NCBI RefSeq assembly: GCF_004010195.1
Contig: NC_057749.1
Span: 11,127,745 to 11,189,744 of the forward strand
DNA from: Chiloscyllium plagiosum
Lineage: Eukaryota
Direction: 5' to 3'
Length of the DNA stretch: 62,000 bases
Position 1 is the first letter of the stretch. Each line of letters begins with the position of its first letter. The translations under genes were made by a program, and so were the position numbers. Below, one piece after another: positions 37,850 to 48,956 of this stretch. Under the pieces are notes generated by a model. The model made no database searches and was not told where the DNA came from. It saw nothing but the letters and a program-made list of their open reading frames with translations.

Positions 37850-39640
37850 ATATTCATTCATCTCTTTCTATCAGCGACTGGTTAGATCCTGTTTCTCTCA
37901 AAATTATAACTTCTTGCCCTTCTCCCCCTGTCTTTCTGAGTAAACTTTACCCTCAGAGGCAAATTCTTTGTAGAGATCAGGTGCTAACTCCATATGCAAC
38001 TCCTGCCTCGGCTGTGCACTCTCCTGCAGCTCCTCGGCTCTTCTTGGGGTCTCCTTTACTACCTTCACTAATGCCACTGGCTTAGCTTCTTTTACCACAT
38101 CTTTTTTCATAATGCTTTTCTTTAATGACCAGCACTGTGACTTTACGTTTCCCACCTTCTGGCAGTGAAAACACCCGGAGGCCTTTCAGCTCCTGTCGAC
38201 CCTCTTGGGCTTCTTTAACCCAGTGGTAAATTCTTACCAGTGCTCGCTACTCTTGGTTTCGTTGTGTAGGATCTCCCCTTCTCAGAACTGCTATCCCTCA
38301 CAGGACAAAATTCTGACTGGAAGCTTATCTTATGCACCAACATGTACTCATAGAGTCATACAGTCATAGAGATGTACAGCACTGAAACAGACCCTTCGGT
38401 CTGATTTGTCCATGCCGACCAGATATCCCAACCCAATCTAGTCCCACCTGCCAGCACATGGCCTATATCCCTCCAAACCCTTCCTATTCATATACCTATT
38501 CAGGTGCTTTTTAAATGTTGTAATTGTATCAGCCTCCACCACTTCCTCTGGCAGCTCATTCCACACACGCACCACCCTTTGCGTGAAAAAGTTGCCCCTT
38601 AGGTCTCTTTTATTTATTTCTCTTCTCACCCTAAATCTATGCCCTCTAGCTCTGGACACCCCCACAGGGAAAAGACATTATTTATCTACCCTATCCATGC
38701 CCTTCATGATTTTATAAACCTCTAAGGTCACCCCACAGCTTCTCACTTCCTGAACTTTCTGTTCCTCCAAGTGAATTCTTATCATCTCTGGAAGTGAGTT
38801 TTTAAACTCCTCCAGCAGAATAATCTCTCCTTGAGCCTCAAAATTCTTATATATTTTCAAAGCACGCATCCATCTCTCAAAATGACTATGTTTAATTCTT
38901 TCAAACTCAACATAAGTCTGACCTGGTTCCTTCTTTGTATTTCTGAACCGCTATCTATATGCTTCTGGTACCAGTTCATAAGCACTTAAAACAGCTTGTT
39001 TAGCTTCCTCATAATCTCGATACCTCATCTAACAGTGCAGCAAATACTTCACTAGCTCTGCATACCAGTTTAGTCTGAACTAGTATTACCCATAAATCTT
39101 CAGACCACTCCATTTGCCTCGCCAATTTTTCAAATGAAATAAAGAAGGCTTCAGCATCTTCCTCATCAAAATGTGGCAAGGTTTTGACATATTTATATAT
39201 ATATCATTACCTTCTCTTTTAAGCTTCATCCTCTTAACATGACTTTGCTGACTGAGTCACAATTCCTCACGCTCAAATTCTCTCTTTTTGCTCAGCTAAG
39301 AACCTTCTCTTTCATTTTCTCTCTCTCTTTCTCTCTCTCTTTGCTCAGCCAAGAACCTTCTCTCTCTCTCATTTTCCTCTCTCCCCCTTTATCTTCTAAC
39401 TCTATTGTAATGTAAGCTTTTCTAACTCTACTGCACTTGTCTGTTTCTCTGATACATCTAAGCGTTTCAATAATTCACTGACAACTTCAGCTTTACTTTT
39501 GTACTTCATTAAACCCAAATCTGACTTATTTGCTAATTCTAAAAGTATGGCGTTTTTCTTTCCTTCTAAAGTTCTTGGCAAATTTGAGAATCATCTTCAA
39601 ATCCCAGAACCTCTTTAGCAACTTTAAAAGTCATTCCTCT
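37850..39640 (-). pseudogene. Gypsy gag (SCAN-like capsid and CFHCQKVGNVKSQC knuckle), interrupted by a CR1 fragment at ~38350-38735
   Basis: PHFDEEDAEAFFISFEK, LVPEAY, ILLEEFKNSLPEMIR motifs. Confidence 0.8.
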
Positions 39641-39699
39641 CACTTTTAATTTCATCAACCACAAGGCACCGAAATTAAACAAATTGTCTCACCTACGAA

Positions 39700-42600
39700 C
39701 AGGTGTTATCAATTCTAGAAGGAGTGAATGTAGACAAGCCCCCTGTGCCGGATGGGATTTATCCGAGGATTCTCTGGGAATCTATGGAGGAGATAGCAGA
39801 GCCTTTGGCTTTGATATTTGAGTCGTCATTATATACAGGTTTAGTTCCTGAGGACTGGAGGATTGCAAATGTTGTGCCCTTGTTCAAGAAGAGCAGTAGG
39901 GATGACCCAGGTTATTATAGACTAGTGAGCCTTACTTCTGTTGTAGGAAAGGTTTTGGAAAGAATTATGAGAGATAAGATTTATAATCATCTAGCAAGCA
40001 ACAATTTGATTTCAGATAGTCAACATGGTTTCATCAAGGGCAGGTCGTGTCTTACAAACCTCATTGAGTTTTTTGAGAAGGTGACCAAGCATGTAGATGA
40101 GGATAGGAAAGTTGACGTGGTATACATGGACTTCAGTAAAGCCTTTGATAAGGTTCCACATGGTAGGCTGTCGGAGAAAATGCAGAGGAATGGAATTGAG
40201 GGTGATATAGCAGTTTGGATTAGAAACTGGCTTTCTGAAAGAAGGTAGCGAGTGATGATTGATGGAAAATATTCAGCCTGGAGTCCGGTTACTACTGGTG
40301 TGCCACAAGGATCTGTTTTGGGACCACTGCTATTTGTCATTTTTATAAATAACTTAGATGCAGGCATAGGTGGATGGATTAGTAAATTTGCAGACGACAC
40401 TAAAGTCAGTGGAGTAGTGGACAGTGTGGAAGAATGTTACAGGTTGCAGGAGGACTTGGATAAACTGCAGAGTTGGGCTAAAAGGTGGGAAATTGAGTTC
40501 AGTGTAGCTAAATGTGAGGGGATGCACTTTGGGAAGAATAACAGGAAGGCAGAGTACTGGATCGATGGAAAGATTCTTGGTAGTGTGGATATACATAGGA
40601 ATCTTGGAGTCCATGTACATAGATCCCTAAAAGTTGCCACCCAGATGGATAGTGCTGTTAAGAAGGCATAAAGTGCGTTAGGTTTCATTCGTAGAGGGAT
40701 TGAGTTCCGGAGCCGCAATATCATGCTGCAACTATACAAAACGCACTTGGAATATCGTGTACACTTCTGCTCCCCATAATTCGGGAAGGATGTGGAAGCA
40801 CTGGAAAAGGTGCAGAGGAGATTTACCAGGATGTTGCCTGGTCTGGAGGGAAGGCCTTGAGGAAAGGCTGAGAGACTTGGGTCTGTTCTCATTGGAAAGA
40901 AGAAGGCTAAGGGGGGATTTGATAGAGACATACAAGATAACTAGGGAGAGAATAGGGCCCCTCAAAGATCAGCAAGGTGGCCTTTGTGTGGAGCCACAGA
41001 AAATGGGGGAGATATAAATGAATATTTTGCATCAGTATTTACTGTGGAAAAGGATATGGAAGATATAGACTGTAGGGAAATAGATGCAGACATCTTGCAA
41101 AATGTTACAGAGGAGGAAGTGCTGGATGTCTTGAAACGGTTAAAGGTGGATAAATCCCCACGACCTGATCAGGTGTACCCTAGAACTCTGTGGGAAGCTA
41201 GAGAAGTGATTGCTGGGCCTCTTGCTGAGATATTTGCATCATCAATAGTCACAGGTGAGGTGCCAGAAGACTGGAGATTGGCAAATGTGGTGCCACTGTT
41301 TAAGAAGGGCAGTAAAGACAAGCCAGGGAACTATAGACAGGTGAGCCTGACCTCGGTGGTGGGCAAGTTGTTGGAGGGAATCCCGAGGGACAGGATGTAC
41401 ATGTATTTGGAAACTTCTTCAGTTCCTGAAGAAGGGCTCATGCCCGAAACGTCGATTCTCCTGCTCCTTGGATGCTGCCTGACCTGCTGAGCTTTTCCAG
41501 CAACACATTGTCAGCTCTGATCTTCAGCATCTGCAGTCCTCACTTTCTCCATGTATTTGGAAAGGCAAGGACTAATTCAGGATAGTCAACATGGTTTTGT
41601 GCGTGGGAAATCATGTCTCACAAACTTGATTGAGTTTTTTGAAGAAGTAACAAAGAAGAATGATGACAGCAGAGCAATAGATGTGATCTATATGGACTTC
41701 AGTAAAGCATTCGACAAGGTTCCCCATTGGAGACTGATTAGCAAGGTTAGATCTCATGGAATACAGGGAGAACTAGCCATTTGGATACAGAACTAGCTCA
41801 AAGGTAGAAGACAGTGGGTGGTGGTGGAGGGTTGTTTTTCAGACTGGAGGCCTGTGACCAGTGGAGTGCCACAAGGATCGGTGCTGGGCCCTCTATTTTT
41901 TGTCATTTACATAAATGATTTGGAAGAAGGAATAAGAGGTACAGTTAGTAAGTTTGCAGATGACACCAAAATTGGAGGTGTAGTGGACTACAAAGAGGGT
42001 TACTCCAGATTACAACAGGATCTGGACCAAATGGGCCAATGGGCTGAGAAGTGGCAGATGGAGTTTAATTCAGATAAATGCGAGGCGCTGCATTTTGGGA
42101 AAGCAAACAGGACATGACTTATACACTTAATGGTAAGGTCCTAGGGAGTGTTGCAGAACAAAGAGACCTTGGAGTGCAGGTGGGGTCGCAGGTAGATAGG
42201 ATAGTGAAGAAGGCGTTTGGTATGCTTTCCTTTATTGGTCAGAGTATTGAGAACAGGAGTTGGGAGGTCATGTTGCGGCTGTACAGGACACTGTTTAGGC
42301 CACTGTTGGAATATTGCATGCAATTCTGGTCTCCTTCCTATCGGAAAGATGTTGTGAAACTTGTAAGGTTTCAGAAAAGATTTACAAGGATGTTGTAAAG
42401 GGAGAGGCTGAACAGGCTGGGGCTGTTTTCCCTGGAGCATCGGAGGCTGAGGGATGACCTTATAGAGGTTTACAAAATTATGAAAGGCATGGATAGGATA
42501 AATAGACAAAGTCTTTTCCCTGGGGTCAGGGAGTCCAGAACTGGAGGGCAAAGGTTTAGGGTGAGAGGGGAAAGATATAAAAGAGACCTAAGGGGCAACT

Positions 42601-43078
42601 TTTTCACGCAGAGGGTGGTACGTGTATGGAATGAGCTGCCAGAGGATGTGGTGAAGGCTGGTAGATTGGGTTGGGATATTTGGTCGGCATGGACGGGTTG
42701 GACCGAGGGGTCTGTTTCCATGCTGTACATCTCTATGACTCAAGAAGATGACCAGAGAATTAGATAGGGTAGACAGTGAAAGTCTTTTTCCTAGGATGAT
42801 GACGTCAACTTGTATGAGGGGGCATAACTACGAATTGTGGGGTGATAGATTTAAGTCAGAGGCAGGTTCTTTACGCAGAGAATGGTAATGGCATCGAATG
42901 CCCTACCTCTAATGTAGTCATCTCAGCCAAATTAGGGAGATTTAAACAATCCTTTGATAAGCACATGGATGATTTTGGGATAGTGTGGGGGATGAGCTGA
43001 GAAGAGTTCACAGGTCCGCGCAACATTGAGGGCCGAAGGGCCTGTTCTGTGCTGTGTTGTTCTATATTCTATGTTCTA
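39700..43078 (+). mobile_element. CR1 copy split by a second CR1 (~40939-42745)
   Basis: Two complete runs of RT motifs; the first copy resumes at ~42746 and ends in a ttctatgttcta tail. Confidence 0.88.
41414..41550 (+). mobile_element. Minimal Penelope PLTR insertion, essentially hammerhead plus tail
   Basis: 13-bp TSD atgtatttggaaa; CTGAAGAAGGGCTCATGCCCGAAACGTC. Confidence 0.88.
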
Positions 43079-43177
43079 CATTTTATTTAAAGATCTAGGA
43101 CATTAACCTGCAAGTGTTTAAAACTGCTGGGAACGTCCGTACCCCAAAACTATTCAAATCTGTCTATACCAGTCCAA

Positions 43178-43195
43178 GTCCCTGACGAGCCCCCA
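43178..43195 (-). promoter_or_regulatory. Gypsy primer-binding site, tRNA-Pro
   Basis: Reverse complement TGGGGGCTCGTCAGGGAC, a 16/18 match to the canonical Pro PBS, next to the LTR end. Confidence 0.82.
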
Positions 43196-43280
43196 AACAG
43201 TTATGACATGGGATAAACTGTCTTGCTTAATTTAAACAAGCAACACAGGAAAGATTTATCCCAGACAGTGATCTGTGAAA

Positions 43281-45440
43281 GTGAGTTTTGAGAAGATTTG
43301 TAGCTCAGGTTGAGGTTCTGGATATAGATATGCTCACTGAGCAGGAAGGTTTGCTTTCAGATGTTTCATCACCAGACTAGGTAACATCATCAGTGGGCCT
43401 CCGGATGAAGCACTGGTGGTATAGCCTGCTTTTTATTTATGTGTTTAGATTTCCTTGGGTTAGTGACATCATTTCCTGTTATTTCCTGTGGTGATGTCAT
43501 TTCCTGTTCTTTTTCTCAGGGGTTGGCAAATAGGATCCAAGTCAATGTGTTTGTTGATAGAGTTCCAGTTGGAATGTCACGCTTCTAGGAATTCTCGTGC
43601 GTGTCTCTGTTTGGCTTGTCCTAGGATGGATGTGTTGTCCCAGTTGAAGTGGTGTCCTTCCTCATCTGTATGTAAGGATACTAGTGAGAGTGGTCATGTC
43701 TTTTTGTAGCTAATTCATGTATCCTAGTGGCTAGCTTTCTGCCTGTTTGTCAAATGTAGTGTTTGTTACAATTCTTGCAAGGTATTTTGTAAATGACATT
43801 AGTTTTGCTTGTTGTCTGTGTACAGTCTTTCAAGTTCATTAGCTGCTCTTTTAGTGTGTTGGTGGGTCTGTGGGCTAGCATGATGCCTACAGGTCTGAGT
43901 ACTCTGGCAGTCATTTCCGAGAAGTCTTTGATGGAGGGGAGAGTGGCTAGAGTTTCTGGGTTTTGTTTGTTTGGGTTTGTTGTTGAGAAATCGGCGGACA
44001 GTGTTCATTGAGTACCTGTTCTTTTTGAATACTCTATGTAGGTGATTTTCCTCTGCTCTTCATAGTTCCTCTGTGCTGCAATGTGTGGTGGCTCGTTTAA
44101 ATAATGTTCTAATGCAGCTTTGTTTATGGATGTTGGGAAGATTGCTTTTGGAGTTCAGTATTTGGTCTGTATGTATTGTTTTCCTGTGGAAGCTGGTTTG
44201 AAGTTCTCCATTGGCTGTTCGCTCTATTGCGACATCCAGGAATGGCATTTTAAGCATTCCTTTAACTTGTTTCGTTTAGTGATGACAAAGGTGGATGCAC
44301 ATGGCAGACCCAAAGTTTGGGTTGGATGGTTAGCAGAGCTGTTTGTTGAGTCTCTGCATTACTGCATCTGCTAAGAATCCTTATATTGGAGATCCCATGG
44401 GCGTTCTGTTGGTTTGTCTGCAGTTTTTGTTGTTGAAGGTAAAATGGATGGTGAGGCATAGGTCCACTAGCTTGACGATCTTGTCCTTGCTGATGAAGTT
44501 GGTGCTGTTTGGTGTATGTGTCTTTGGTTCTTCTAATAATGTAGTCAGTGTTTCCTTGGCCAGGTTCATGTTGATGGATGTGAGCAGGGCTATTACGTCA
44601 AGGAGACTATTATTTTATCCTCTTCTATCTTTGATGGTGATCAGGAATTCCTGGGTGCAGTGGATGGAGTGGCGTGAGTCTTTGACTAAGTATTTTAGTC
44701 TTTGGCTAATCTGTAAATTGGTGCTCCAGGTAGTGATATTATGGGTCGTGGGGGGTTCCTGGTTTGTGAATTTTGGGTAAAATGTAGAAGTGTGGTGTGT
44801 TGGATCCGTCTGGTTCAGTTTTTGAAAGTCGGTCTTATTTATTTTTCAGATTTCTGAAGTTTTTTGAGTAAAGCTGTGATTCGGTTCTCTAGTTGTGGGG
44901 TCGGATCTATCGCTTCTTGTTGGTAAGTCTTGGTTTCTGCAAGCAGTGCGTTCACTTTCTCCAAGTAGTCTCTTTGATTTAAAATGGCTGTCAAGCGTCC
45001 TTTGTCTGCAGGTAGGATAACAATGATTTTTTTTAGTCCTCCTAGTGCTTTCCTTTCTTGTGTATTGCGTGTGTTGCCTTTCTTTTTCCTGCTTAATGTT
45101 GGTGCGACTGTCTGTCTGATGGTTTGACTGTGACAACACATCCATCCTAGGACAAACCAAACAGAGACACACGCAATAATTCCTAGAAGCGTGGCATTCC
45201 AAATGGAACTCTATCAACAAACACATTGTCTTGAATCCCAATTACCACCCCCTAGGGAAAAGAACAGGAAATGACATCACCACAGGGAATGATGTCACCA
45301 ACTCAAGGAAACCTAAACACATAAGTAAAAAGCGGGGCATACTACCAGTGCTTCATCCGGAGGCTCACTGATGTTATCAAGTATGGTGACAAAACATCTG
45401 AAAACGAACTTTCCAGCTCAGTGAGCAAACCTACATCCAG
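43281..45440 (-). mobile_element. Penelope-like element (second family), RT/GIY-YIG remnants with inverted PLTRs
   Basis: ILPADKG, TPMGSPI, MPFLDV..FHRKTIHTDQIL; 14-bp TSD agt(g/a)atctgtgaaa; hammerhead core CTGATGA-TGTTACC..GGTGAT-GAAA-CATC on the minus strand at ~43360-43393. Confidence 0.9.
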
Positions 45441-45605
45441 AGTAATCTGTGAAAATTCGAGAGGCCAAGAACTATTTAAAGTAAAAATTAACAACTTTAA
45501 GTATAACAGAGAATGACTAACCAACTATTTACAACTCCTTCCTCTAACCTATCTTGTACCTTCTCTTCTATACTACTAGTCCGATAAAACTCCCGAACAA
45601 GATTT

Positions 45606-45998
45606 TGTAATGGAAAATTAATAAATTTAACATTTACTGTGAAATATGAAAGAGAATGCTTTTCTAAATTTAATGCTGTGCTGACTGCTGAGTCCTGCAG
45701 CCAGGAGACAGCTTGTCTTTGTTTGAACTTTGTAAACATTCAACTTGACCTTGCGACAGTCAAATTCAGCAAAAGCTGAGGAAAGCATAAGAACAGTTAT
45801 GTCCATGACCAAGGGATGAAAAAATAACAACTTAGGTTTTCCCAGTCTTTGCCCTTGATAAGAATGGTACAAGAAAAGTATCTGAATTGTGCTCAAGAGC
45901 CCTTTACATGAGGCATCTGGCCAAGTGTATTATTCAGATTCTGCAGAACTCTTTGCTCTTGCTAACAGTTGAGTCGAGTCGATTTAATTTCCACGACA
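45606..45998 (+). repeat. ERV2 5' LTR
   Basis: TGTAATGGAAAATT...AATTTCCACGACA imperfect inverted termini; begins where Gypsy-LTR homology breaks. Confidence 0.8.
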
Positions 45999-46005
45999 TT
46001 AAACT

Positions 46006-46023
46006 TGGGGGCTTGTCCCGGAG
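46006..46023 (+). promoter_or_regulatory. ERV2 primer-binding site, tRNA-Pro-like
   Basis: TGGGGGCTTGTCCCGGAG, 15/18 match to the Pro PBS, 7 nt after the LTR. Confidence 0.72.
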
Positions 46024-48324
46024 CCCCGTGACTTGGTGGGATTCTGAAGATTCCCAGGAGGCGCAGGCGCCAGCGCCTTGAAGGTCATCTCGAGCGCTGA
46101 ATTGGCCCCTTTGCGCGAGAGGACTGGGAATCTGTGGATCGCCCCAGCACCAGGGTTCGAATCAAATAGGGTTGGGGTAAGAGTCGTAGCTTAAGTATTC
46201 CTACATAGACACTCATTCTAAGAATAAATGAATCAGGAAAAGGGCTCAGTAAACTCTCGCGCTGTATTTGTGCAAATCTCAAGGGAAAGGATTGCAGTCT
46301 CTGCAGTGCTTAAGAAACAGCGAGTTTAAGAGTGGTTTTAGACTTGGAGCCACCAATGGCTGAGTTGGACTCGCCAAAGACGTACCGGGTACATGGTTTC
46401 TTGGTTTACGAAAACAAGGCATTGAGGCAAACGCGCCCAATGCAAGAGGGGACCTCCAGAAGTACGAAAGCAAGTCAAAGGGAAAAGATAACAATACCGC
46501 AAGAGAGAGAGAGAGCTGAACACTTTTCCAGTTACGCTAAGAGCAAACAAAAAGAGGGTTCACAGAGGACTTGGAATGGCCAACCAAAAATACATTATAT
46601 TTTACAAAATAAATAATTACGGCTCAGAGTCTGTAAAGCAGTTAGAATTGTGGATCAAGGAATGTGGTTTTCCGGAGGCAGGAAGTTTTAGTAAAAGCCA
46701 GTTGGAAATATTGAGGTCAAAGTTGGAGGAGAGAAGGAGAAACAGAAGGGAAAAACAGAACCTGTGAATTGGAGTGCTTATAACATGTGGAAGGCTGAGG
46801 CGGATATCAGAGAAAGGAAATCTCAAGTAAAAGATAGATCAAATACACGTACAAACACCAGCGCACATCCAGAAGCACGCGGAAAACAACCTAATGAAGC
46901 TGTGCAGTGCCTTAAGTCTATTTCAGATCCTGACCTTGATGACTGCCCTCCGAGACCTACAGCCCCCACTACGAGATCCACCTGGCGAAGGTTCCAAGTC
47001 AGTGGCCGCCGCCTCAGGGTCTGCTGAATCACCGGTAGCACTTCGTACACGCAACCTACTGAAGCAAGAAGCCCAAAAGGACGGCCACTCCAAGACGGAA
47101 AGGCATCCTGGGCCTTTTTGCGATCTCCCCCCGATGGATGATGAGTCAGACGGTGAAATACTGGCGTACGATCGTCTAACCAGGTAGTTCTGCAAGCCCC
47201 AATGGTTGAAGTTGCAGGTCCAGTAGGGCATCCAGTGTTGGTCCACCGACCATGGACCATGAAGGATCTGGAAAGTGTCTATGGGCAATGCCTGACCCAC
47301 GCAAAGTTGGAGCTAATAAGTTCGCCAAAGAAGTGACAAAGTTCTGTACTGAGTTCCGTCCCACGTCACGAGAGGAGGCGTCTCCTGGGATGAAAACTGG
47401 GTGCCGATGTCACCAAAATCAAGTATAAATGGCCAGCCCTAAACATCCATGCCAGAGCAGCCAACCCACAAGCGGACAAGAACGGAGACTTTGGTGCTTT
47501 TATTGCAGCCGCCCGAAGGGAGGCATTCCCTGTGCGAATGGACATGGCCAAAATTGCAATGTGTAAACAACAAGGTGAGACAGTGTCCCAGTACCTTACG
47601 CGTCTCACTGAAGTCCATAATGCCCATCTGTGCTGTTGCAGAATCATGGGGGAAAATTGAGGCAAGTAGCATATTTTTCAGCTGATCTACACCCCGTAGC
47701 AGCAGGATTGCCTAAATGCTTGCGAGCCGTGGCTGCAGCTGAATAGGCTGTTGTAGCATCCAGGGATATAGTCGGCTATGGTGAATTGACCCTACTGGTC
47801 CAACATGCAGTATCCTTACGGCTTTCCGAGCAAAAGACCGCATACATGTCGGCAGCACGTTGGCTCAGATATAATACTGTGCTATTGGAGATGCCTAACA
47901 TTACAATAAAGCGATGTAAAGTCCTTAACCCTGCTAGCCTTCTCCCCACTGAAGGAGATGGAGACCCACATGATTGTGTCGCTGAAACTAATGAAATTTG
48001 CAGCCCCTAGACCAGATTTGCAGGATTCACCATTTCAGAATCCAGATATGGAGTTTTTTGTGGATGGGTCAGCATTCAGGAGCAAGGAGACAGGCCAGAT
48101 GTGTGTTGGGTATGCTGTAGTGACTACCTACGAGATAGTCAAAGCGGAATCACTCCCTTCTCATCTAGTGCTTCTGCCTCTTACCAAATGACGATGTTCC
48201 CTTCGTCATTTTCACTGCACACCTGACAGCCTCTGTCAGCGCAAGCAGCGGAGCTGATTGCCTTGACTGAGGCCTGTAAATTGGCTGAGGGAAAGACAGT
48301 GAATATTTACACCGATAGCAGATA

Positions 48325-48956
48325 ATGTGTTGCTGGAAAAGCTCAGCAGGTCAGGCAGCATCCAAGGAACAGGAGAATCGACGTTTCGGGCATAAGCCCT
48401 TCTTCAGGAATGAGGAAAGTGTGTCCAGCAGGCTAAGATAAGATAAAAGGTAGGGAGGAGGGACTTGGGGGAGGGGCGTTGGAAATGCGATAGGTGGAAG
48501 GAGGTCAAGGTGAGGGTGATAGGCCGGAGTGGGGTGGGGGCGGAGAGGTCAGGAAGAAGATTGCAGGTTAGGAAGGCGGTGCTGAGTTCGAAGGATTTGA
48601 CTGAGACAAGGTGGGGGGAGGGGAAATGAGGAAACTGGAGTCAAATCCCTCGAACTCAGCACTGCCTTCCTAACCTGCAATCTTCTTCCTGACCTCTCCG
48701 CCCCCATCCCACTCCGGCCTATCACCCTCACCTTGACCTCCTTCCACCTATCGCATTTCCAACGCCCCTCCCCCAAGTCCCTCCTCCCTACCTTTTATCT
48801 TATCTTAGCCTGCTGGACACACGTTCCTCATTCCTGAAGAAGGGCTTATGCCCGAAACGTCGATTCTCCTGTTCCTTGGATGCTGCCTGACCTGCTGCGC
48901 TTTTCCAGCAACACATTTTCAGCTCTGATCTCCAGCATCTGCAGTCCTCACTTTCT
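48325..48956. mobile_element. Penelope-derived long fold-back (~300-bp arms) inserted in ERV2 RNaseH
   Basis: 15-bp TSD caccgatagcagata; near-perfect inverted arms; hammerhead core on each strand. Confidence 0.9.

Noticed and set aside
15184..45998. ERV1 and ERV2 as two halves of one provirus
   Set aside because: Wrong order, dissimilar LTRs, and each has its own different RNaseH/integrase
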